Below are positions 56,201 through 64,000 of a stretch of DNA of 64,000 nt, piece after piece. The position numbers and the translations under genes were made by a program. Position 1 is the first letter of the stretch; each line of letters starts with the position of its first letter. The notes under the pieces are model-generated. The model did not search any database and was not told the DNA's origin. It saw nothing but the letters and a program-made list of their open reading frames with translations. Source of the stretch: Chamaesiphon sp. Its GTDB lineage: Bacteria; Cyanobacteriota; Cyanobacteriia; Cyanobacteriales; Chamaesiphonaceae. Where the stretch lies: the NCBI GenBank assembly GCA_965246715.1, contig CBDFFH010000055.1:147024-211023 (forward strand). The letters are read 5' to 3'.

Positions 56201-57095
56201 TGTCATATTTATAGATAAACGTGTTGTTACTTGCATTGTGTTCGGTGACGATATTATTAAAATCATCATAGGTATTGCTAGTTACTCCACCCCGATAATC
56301 GGTAGCAGTAATGCGACGATTGAGGAGGTCATATGTGTAGGTATTAATGCGTCCGACGGCATCGGTAGATGAGACAAGATTGCCATACGCATCAGTTTCT
56401 AGTGTGCTAGTACCGAGGGAGTTAGTGATGGTAGTAACGTGAGTGCCGTTATTGGATGAAGAGTGAGTTGTTTCTCCATACATGTTAGTGCTATCGATTA
56501 CCCGTCCGATGGCATCGTAGGTTTTTTGACTGATGACTTTACCGAGTGCATCGGTGACTTTGTGCTGACGATTTACTGCGTCGTAGCTGTAGGTGGTGGG
56601 AGGGTTATCGTTGGCATCGGTCATGGTGATGAGGTTGCCAACACCATCGTAGGTGTATTTAGTTATCGCGACATCATCACTATTAATTCCGGTACCATTA
56701 ATTCCAGTACCCTGAGCATTATTAATCGTTTTAGTCTTACGATTTAGTTCGTCATATTCATATTTAGTAACTCGACCTTCTGGCTCGTTAACGGTTAAGA
56801 GATTACTATTTTTATCGTAAGTATAGTTAGTAATTAAACCGGTGCCACTGACATTTATCTTCGATTCGATCCGACGATTTAAAGCGTCATATGTGAACAG
56901 AGTAGTTGGAGTAATAAGGCCATTGGGAGTGCTTGTCGAAATTACATTCCCGACTCGATCGTTCGTCATTAAGGTATTATGACCGAGTGCATCGATGACT
57001 TTATTCATCCGACCGAGTGCGTCGTACTCATATTGTGTTTGCTGTTGCTCGACGACACCGAGACTATTTTTACCTGTAATGGTTAAGGACGCGAT
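53207..57095 (-). pseudogene. orphan RHS/YD-repeat module 1 (no N-terminus, frameshifted at about 55060, C-terminus cut by IS1)
   Basis: ORFs 55050..57008 and 53191..55077; YD repeats, YYRARYYDP..GRFISVDP, DPTG junction. Confidence 0.9.
55058..55080. mobile_element. 23-nt small dispersed element inserted in a CGATCG site
   Basis: Removal restores CCCGATCGAG and the frame YDHLDRVTRELW. Confidence 0.85.
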
Positions 57096-57126
57096 TGACT
57101 GGTAAAATAGTAATAAGTATGTATCT

Positions 57127-57966
57127 ATGTTTATGCGCCGCGATACGATTTTCTATCAGTTATTTCAGCAGTCGCCAACTTTGTTATTTGAGTTGCTACC
57201 ACAACCGCCAGAAAATGCCGCTCGATATACTTTTGAAGCGGTGGAGGTCAAGGAAACAGGTTTTCGGATGGATGGGGTATTTCTCCCACCAGACGCTTCG
57301 GGAATTGTCTATTTTGGTGAGGCGCAGTTTCAGAAAGATGAGATGCTCTACGAACGGATGGTGAGCGAGATTGGCATCTATGTCTACCGCAATCGCGAAC
57401 GAATTTCTGATTGGCAAGCGGTAGCGATCTATCCCAGCAGAAGTATCGAGCAATCTAATCCTAGTACGGTGCGAGAGTTGTTAGCTAGCGGGCGCATCGT
57501 GCGCGTATATTTAGATGAGTTGGGTCAGATCGATCGATTGCCGATTGGTGTGGGTTTGATGGTGTTGACGACGTTGGAAGGGGATGCGGCAAAAACTGAA
57601 GCTAGAGCGGCGATCGATCGTTCTGGTGGCGATCGGGATATAATTGAAATGATTGCCAAAATCGTGGTTTATAAGTTTAATTCATTGAGTCGAGATGAGG
57701 TGGATGTGATGCTGGGGATTGAGTTGCAACAGACGCGAGTTTATCAGGAAGCTAAGGCTGAGGGTAAGGCTGAGGAACGAGAAATTGGATTACAGCGGGA
57801 AAGATCGTTAATACTCAGGCAGCTTAATCGCAAGTTAGGGAATCTCTCGCCACAACTTCAAATGCTGATTTCTGCGCTGTCGATCGAAAAAGTAGAATCT
57901 CTCGGTGAGGCTCTATTCGATTTTAATTCGATCGCGGATCTCGAATCCTGGTTGAGTCAAAATTAA
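57127..57966 (+). CDS. Rpn-family PD-(D/E)XK nuclease / putative transposase (DUF2887-like) with DUF4351-like tail
   Basis: RDTIFYQLF, EVKETGFRMDGVF, EAQFQKD; tail LILRQLNRKLG...LGEALFDFNSIADLESWL. Confidence 0.9.
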   Translation: MFMRRDTIFYQLFQQSPTLLFELLPQPPENAARYTFEAVEVKETGFRMDGVFLPPDASGIVYFGEAQFQKDEMLYERMVSEIGIYVYRNRERISDWQAVAIYPSRSIEQSNPSTVRELLASGRIVRVYLDELGQIDRLPIGVGLMVLTTLEGDAAKTEARAAIDRSGGDRDIIEMIAKIVVYKFNSLSRDEVDVMLGIELQQTRVYQEAKAEGKAEEREIGLQRERSLILRQLNRKLGNLSPQLQMLISALSIEKVESLGEALFDFNSIADLESWLSQN

Positions 57967-58320
57967 CGATCGAGTCTAATCGAGCGAGTCTTCCAAATCA
58001 CGATCGAGCGATTACAATCCCGCCGATTCGACAGAGCTGATGCTACGCGATCGCAATCAGCAAATAATTAAGCGATCGATCCAAAATTTCACGATCGATA
58101 ATTTAGCGCAGTTGCTGAGTCAAAATTAACGTTCGCATAGCGTGCCAGAGGCGATCGAATTATCACTTTCGCTCGAGTTAAACATAATTGCCGCTCGAGT
58201 CAAGCGATCCCGATCGATCCAACAAATAGCGACCCAGTATGTCAGATCGATCGTAAAATTGATTCAAACCTTTGCTGTGCCTTAATTTGATGTGGTGGGC
58301 AATGCCCACCCTACGATTCT
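57865..58320 (+). repeat. direct repeat A, copy 2
   Basis: See 51663-52118. Confidence 0.95.
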
Positions 58321-58465
58321 TTGCGAACGCGGATTAAACGATTGGCTCGGAAGACGATTTGTTTTTCTAAGTCAGTTGTGATGCACGATGTGGTGATTGG
58401 ACTGTTTATAAATCGAGTTGCTTTTGGTTTAGCTATTCATTGAATAACACATCTGGAACACTACC
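58321..58465 (+). pseudogene. IS1-family insB 3' remnant with right IR
   Basis: LRTRIKRLARKTICFSKSVVMHDVVIGLFINR; ends CTGGAACACTACC. Confidence 0.85.
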
Positions 58466-58771
58466 GAGTAATGTCATAGATTCGATCGAGTCCAATATAA
58501 CGATCGAATTATACCAATGTACCGAGTAGTTGAGTTTTAACGATCGATCAAAATTGGCGCGCTCAATTTTCAACATCACCCGCTCGATACTCATACAACA
58601 AATGCGATCGAGTCAGTAAATAAAGATCGAATTGACAGCGATCTCAGGTGTCAATTCGATCGAGAGAACATGCCAAAGTTGTTGCTCCGCACAAGCTTGT
58701 CTGTGGGCATCTGCCCACCCTACTTCTCTGCGCCTCAATTTTAGGTGGTGGTCAATGCCCACCCTACAATT

Positions 58772-59347
58772 CTACTGATTAAGAATTTTTTCCATGTATG
58801 CAATTTTCTCATTACCATCAAAATCAACGGCATATTTACCCGTTTGTAACCATTCTTTTAATAGAGCGCATACTCTTTCTTTGGAAATAAATTCATCTGT
58901 GTTTTCATCTTGACAGAAAGGTATATATAAAATCACTGAACTGCCAGAGTTGTTTTTAATATTTTTCGAGTAATTTTCTTTCCATTCATTTGTATATTTA
59001 GACAAATGAGATAGAAACCATTTATTTTTGGACATACCTATATATAGATTTAGTTTACTCTGATTATATATCATGATTGATGCACCAGTCTCCATACAAT
59101 CTTCTGATACTTCTTTGCCTTTTCTTAAAATTTCCCATGCTGACTCTATTTGATAAAGACAGTTTATCGTTGAATCAAAGTCACTGAACTCGACGCAATT
59201 TACGCTATAGTTCAGGTCTTTATTGTAACCAACATCATCTTTAACTCTAAAACATACCTCTTTTTTAAAATTAGGTAGATATAGATTGCAGTTGCAAAAA
59301 ACCTCTAGTCTTGAATAGAATTGAATGTTGTTTTCCTGACGCTTCAT
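58772..59347 (-). CDS. putative immunity protein (Imm1/DddI-like)
   Basis: ATGA overlap with the toxin stop; AT-rich; LYIG...FISKERVCALLKEWLQTG resembles the Imm1 C-terminus. Confidence 0.7.
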   Translation of the reverse strand: MKRQENNIQFYSRLEVFCNCNLYLPNFKKEVCFRVKDDVGYNKDLNYSVNCVEFSDFDSTINCLYQIESAWEILRKGKEVSEDCMETGASIMIYNQSKLNLYIGMSKNKWFLSHLSKYTNEWKENYSKNIKNNSGSSVILYIPFCQDENTDEFISKERVCALLKEWLQTGKYAVDFDGNEKIAYMEKILNQ

Positions 59348-62300
59348 TTTTTTATTCCTTCATAAGTTCTTGTATTGCCTTGAGAATCTGTTACATTTAA
59401 TTTTTGTTCTGGAGCTAGTATATGCTTTAGTCCTCTATCACAATAATCACAGACAGGGAAGTTATTGATGCTCATATTAGCTTCTTTAACTTTTGGATTG
59501 TTTCTTAAATGAGCGGCTCCAAGACCCTCTGCATGTTTGAGGGAGTTTCTAACATCATTGAGAATTTCATTGTCGGTTATACCTTGTGCTTTGAGTTCCT
59601 TAATTATATTATCCTGTATTTTCTCCATTCGAGCACCTTCTTTAGGATTATAGTAATTACCTTTTTTATCTTTGTAGGCTAGCGTACTTCCAACACGAAA
59701 TCTATCTTTTATATCATTTAAGATATAAGATAATATGCCACGTGTAGGGCCATTTAACATATTATGCCCATCAGAAGTTTTGCCAATAACCCTACTTGGA
59801 AGACTTTCACCATTTACAACTATTTTATTGGGATTAGACCATCCTGGATCTTCTCCATAAAGATTACCAGTGCTATCTCCAGTATCCTGCGATGGCTCAC
59901 CATCTTGGTTACTCATAGCGAAGAAATGCTGAAATAGCTCGCCAGCTTTAGAACCAATAGCCCCACCAAGCAAAGAACCACCCACAGCCGCACTAGTGGA
60001 ACTAGCAGCAGTACCAGTAGTAGTTGCAACAGCAGCACCACCAAGAGGGGGAAGTTTGCCACCACCAGGTAAACCAAAAACCGCCGAGACGATCCCAAAA
60101 ACGCCTAAAGTCTGTAAAACCTTTTTCTCCTTGGGATTCTTCTCATCACTTAACTTTTGGGCATCATTCAAAGTTAGGATCGAACTTGTGAGACCAAACG
60201 CGCCAACGAAAGTTGCCCCAATCGGACCTGTTGCTGCCGCAGCAACAGCCAAAGGTGTCAACACAGCACCAGTTATCGCACTGACAGCAGCCTCTACCTT
60301 GTTGTATTCATATTTAGGATTATCAGCTTTACGTGCTGATTGAACCACTGAATCCGTTGCTAGACCAATTAGTGCTCCAGCAAGAGCGAGACCGCCCCAA
60401 ACAAACCATGCAAACTCCCCACTCGGATCGGTAGCCAACGTCGAACTATTACCCACATAGCGATAGAGATTAGTATCCCCAGCCCCAAACCCCAGCGGAT
60501 CGACACTAATAAACCGTCCCACCTGCGGGTCGTAATATCGCGCTCGATAATAACTCAACCCACTCTCAAGATCCCGCTCCCGTCCCGTATACCCATACCG
60601 GAAACTCACGCTGGGATTAGTCTCACTCAACACCCGTCCGAAACTATCGAACGTCCGCTTATCGACAACCACCCCATTAGCATCCGTCAACAGATCGATA
60701 CTCCCCAACCTGTCCGCCAGACTCCACACCATCCCCGCCGGACTATCCTGCGCCAAAACCTGGTCGATGTTCAGCCCATACAAATAGTGGAACGTCTCAC
60801 TCCCACCACCATCAGTCACAAACGCAATCTGGTCGCGATCGATAAAGTAATTCTCCACCACCCCACCAGTAGGTAACGCCGATGTAATCCTCTTACGAAC
60901 CCTCTGGTCGTCCACATCGTACTCATACTCCACCGTCTCCAGCACCGCACCGCCACTAGCTACAGTGACGATCGATACTAATCGATTCCGATAATCCCAG
61001 GTATAGTTATCGACAATACCCGTCGCCATCTCCGTCCGTTTCGTCCGATTCCCCTCAGCATCGTACAAATAGTTATACGTGCCATCCGAGCGCAAGCGAT
61101 TATCGGGATCGATCGTATAACCAGCATTAATCCGGTTGCCATTGAGGTCGTAGGTATACGCCTCACTATTACTACCAGTAACGGTTTTCACTTGGTCGAT
61201 GCTATCGTAACCAATGGTGCGAATTTGACCGTCTACAGTCTCGGTTTTTAAGCGATCGAGATCGTCGATGATATAGCTACTAGTGCCGATCGTTACGTTA
61301 GCACCATTAGTCTGAGTAATCCCCGTCAAGCGTCCGAAACCATCGTAAGCATTAGTAGTTTTGACCTTCAATAACCCCTCGACATACCGTTCGATTGTGG
61401 TATTGACACCAGTAGTCGGCTCGTAGGTAAACTTGACATCTTTATTGACTAAACCAACCCCAGTTTGAATTATCTCGGTATTGAGATAACGCGGGTCGTC
61501 GTACTTGTAAATCGTCGTCGCTTGGGGCGCGTTAGCAATCAGTTCGTCAACTTGGGTGAGATTGCCGACATCATCATATTTATACTTAAAGCTGACAGTG
61601 GGATTTAGCGTCTGAATCCGATCGACTGTTTCGAGTAAGTCAGTCTGGTCGTAAGTATAGACATACTTAATGTTGCCATCGTCGGCAGTTAAGCGATTGC
61701 CATTCTCATCGTAGGTGTAGGTAAATTGTTTGTTACCATCGACCCAGGTTTCGGTGTTAACGCGATCGAGTTTGTCGTAGGTGTAATTGGTAACGTTGCC
61801 GATGCGATCTGTGACTGAGGTGCGATTATTGACGGGATCGTATGTGTAAATGCGAGTGCCGAAACTGGTCTTGTCTTTGAGTAGTCTGCCGAGGGTGTCG
61901 TAGGTGTAAGTGGTAATGTTGCCGACAGCATCGGTTATCGTTTTGGTGCGATCGTCGGCGGTGTAGGTGTACAGGGTATAGCCACCTTTAGCATCGATAA
62001 TTTGCCGTTGGCGGTTGCGTGCGTCGTAGGCGTAACGGGTGCTGCGTCCGAGGGGGTCGATTTCTTCGATGAGATTGCCGAGGGCATCGGTTAGCTCATA
62101 GCTGATGCCGTTGTGTGGATCTTCGATCTTAGTCCGGTTGAGTGCGTCTTGGTAGCTGTACTTGGTGGTTTTTCCGAATGTATCTGTCTCGGCAGTTACG
62201 CGGTCTACAGCATCGTATTTGCTGGCTGAGGTGCGATGTTTGGTGGCATCGTAGGTGGCAGTTTGACGACCGAATCTGTCGTAAAGGACGTATGTGGCAT

Positions 62301-62397
62301 GACCCAGCGCGTCGGTGGTTTTAACGATCTTACCAGTGAGGAAACTGGTGGGAGCGGCAAGAATGCCTAATGCAAGTTCGCCGATGACCCCGCTCAC
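59344..62397 (-). CDS. orphan RHS module 2 with C-terminal DddA/SCP1.201-like deaminase
   Basis: RHS core, DPSG junction, then HAEG...INNFPVCDYC; RHS-like frame runs upstream to about 62580 with no evident N-terminal delivery domain. Confidence 0.88.
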   Translation of the reverse strand: MSGVIGELALGILAAPTSFLTGKIVKTTDALGHATYVLYDRFGRQTATYDATKHRTSASKYDAVDRVTAETDTFGKTTKYSYQDALNRTKIEDPHNGISYELTDALGNLIEEIDPLGRSTRYAYDARNRQRQIIDAKGGYTLYTYTADDRTKTITDAVGNITTYTYDTLGRLLKDKTSFGTRIYTYDPVNNRTSVTDRIGNVTNYTYDKLDRVNTETWVDGNKQFTYTYDENGNRLTADDGNIKYVYTYDQTDLLETVDRIQTLNPTVSFKYKYDDVGNLTQVDELIANAPQATTIYKYDDPRYLNTEIIQTGVGLVNKDVKFTYEPTTGVNTTIERYVEGLLKVKTTNAYDGFGRLTGITQTNGANVTIGTSSYIIDDLDRLKTETVDGQIRTIGYDSIDQVKTVTGSNSEAYTYDLNGNRINAGYTIDPDNRLRSDGTYNYLYDAEGNRTKRTEMATGIVDNYTWDYRNRLVSIVTVASGGAVLETVEYEYDVDDQRVRKRITSALPTGGVVENYFIDRDQIAFVTDGGGSETFHYLYGLNIDQVLAQDSPAGMVWSLADRLGSIDLLTDANGVVVDKRTFDSFGRVLSETNPSVSFRYGYTGRERDLESGLSYYRARYYDPQVGRFISVDPLGFGAGDTNLYRYVGNSSTLATDPSGEFAWFVWGGLALAGALIGLATDSVVQSARKADNPKYEYNKVEAAVSAITGAVLTPLAVAAAATGPIGATFVGAFGLTSSILTLNDAQKLSDEKNPKEKKVLQTLGVFGIVSAVFGLPGGGKLPPLGGAAVATTTGTAASSTSAAVGGSLLGGAIGSKAGELFQHFFAMSNQDGEPSQDTGDSTGNLYGEDPGWSNPNKIVVNGESLPSRVIGKTSDGHNMLNGPTRGILSYILNDIKDRFRVGSTLAYKDKKGNYYNPKEGARMEKIQDNIIKELKAQGITDNEILNDVRNSLKHAEGLGAAHLRNNPKVKEANMSINNFPVCDYCDRGLKHILAPEQKLNVTDSQGNTRTYEGIKK

Positions 62398-62653
62398 TAG
62401 TGTGTCGGTGTCGAAGTATTCAGTTTGGGTGTGATTATCGTAGTTATCGTAAGTAATACTAGAGATTTGTCCGATACTGTCTTTAGTATTAGTACGGCGA
62501 TTTAACTTGTCATATTTATAGACAAATTCGTTATAGACAGATTCGTTATTACTTGGATTTCTTGCATCGTAGGTATCGTTCAGTTGACAATTAACAGTTG
62601 AGAGCGGTCGCTATTAGTGCTAAAGTACTCTTACAGTCATCTTCTCAAGTTAA

Positions 62654-63596
62654 ATGGCTCAATACAAGCACGACAGATTTTTTAAGTTCTACGTTCAAGC
62701 TCTATATAAGACCAAGGGTGAAACACGCAAAAATATCAAAGTGATGAACGATGAAGAGTTAGAAATTGATTGTATGTTTTTAGCTCAATCCGATAAATTG
62801 GGCTGGCAACAGGAGGATTTAGGACTCTTCGATCGCTTAATGAAAAAGCATCCAACGATAATAGTAGAGCATTATAGCGGCTATCTCAATCAGAAAAATC
62901 TCAATATTTCGATCGTTAGAAAAAATCTCTACTGGGAACCGAAGGAAGTAGAATTAATCGAAGCTGCTCGTGTCGAGTTACACCTGAAAAAATCCGAGCA
63001 GTTACCACCGGAGGCAAGAGAACAAATTGAAATCCAGAATCCATTTACTTGGGTGCTGGCGGTAAATTGTGGTAATAAGTTATTGAATCTATGTGAAGGC
63101 GAAGCCTTTAACTGAATATGGTGAGGGAGTGTATGAGCTGTCGAAGTTCCTACGGATGGGGATTGTGGTAATCGATCGATTGCCAGAACATCCTGATACC
63201 TTATGGTTGAAGATGCTGGGTGATAAGGATTCGGCGCGACGGGCGTTTGGGGCGATCGAACAGTTATCGCCAACTAGACGGGAGAAAAATGATATAATCA
63301 GAACGAGTCTGAAGTATTGTGTCTACTTGCGGGGATTGCCAACTGAAAGTTTGACAGAAGAGGAGCAAGAGTTTATGAGAACGATGGAACAGGTCGATGC
63401 TTGGTTTGAGGCTGAGATTGCTGAAGCTGAGCAAAAAGCTGCACAGAAAGCTGCACAGAAAGCCAAGCAGGAAAATCAACAAGATATCGCCCTAAAAATG
63501 TTGCAGGAAAATATTCCTCTGGATGTAATTGCCAGAATCACTGAGTTAACGATCGAGCAAATACATACTCTTCGTTCGCAACTAGAAACCAACTAA
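62654..63596 (+). pseudogene. Rpn-like cyanobacterial protein gene with a +1 frameshift near 63098
   Basis: HDRFFK, EIDCMF, LGLFDRL, VIDRLPEHPDTLWLKMLG; deleting one G in TGTGAAGGCGAAG gives CEAKPLTE; tail IALKMLQENIPLDVIARITELTIEQI. Confidence 0.7.
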
Positions 63597-63858
63597 ACGA
63601 TCGAGTCCCAAGCATACTCGATCGAAAATGTAGAATCTCTCGGTGAGGCTCTATTCGATTTTAATTCGATCGCGGATCTCGAATCTTGGTTGAGTCAAAA
63701 TTAACGATCGATCTGAAATATCGATCGATTGTAATATGGCGATCGAACATAAATCGATCGACAGTAGTTCGACACAATACTATCGAACCAACCGATCGCA
63801 ATTCAGTGTCCAAATTCGATCGAGCCAATAATAGGGATCGCGTTTACCGAAATCGATC
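63581..63858 (+). repeat. direct repeat B, copy 2
   Basis: See 52129-52372. Confidence 0.9.
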
Positions 63859-64000
63859 AATTGTGAAATGAATTCAAATCCATGCTCTGTCTTGATTTGA
63901 AGCCGTGGGCATTGCCCACCCTACTACGCCTAGCCAATAAATAACGATCTATTCTCTATATTACCAGATCGATAATTATGTCATAAATGCGATCGAATCA

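Noticed and set aside
51500..64000. CRISPR array or DGR template/variable repeats
   Set aside because: Repeats are long and irregularly spaced; no cas or reverse transcriptase gene; no adenine-specific pattern was evident

Overview
Cyanobacterial chromosome segment. CGATCG/TCGATCGA (HIP1-type) palindromes are very dense, so a Chamaesiphon-like organism is inferred. About 1-50 kb is mostly housekeeping (tRNA-Leu, cimA, bcp, valS, atpD-atpC, ribBA, argC, tilS). It also holds a formamidase operon with NtcA-like boxes, a possibly iron-regulated membrane/secreted-protein cluster, a degenerate PilB-GrpE fusion and many IS insertions, including two near-identical 1230-bp elements with their own target duplications. 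About 50.5-64 kb is an accessory conflict locus: a Panacea TA pair, and two N-terminally truncated (orphan) RHS modules, each head-to-head with an Rpn-like gene and separated by direct repeats made of Rpn-gene 3' ends plus GTAG-type REP hairpins. The intact RHS tip encodes a DddA/SCP1.201-like cytidine deaminase followed by an Imm1/DddI-like immunity gene. Several 22-24-nt elements sit inside CGATCG sites: one frameshifts an RHS gene and one adds 8 aa in frame. All family calls come from motif recognition by eye; no database searches were run.
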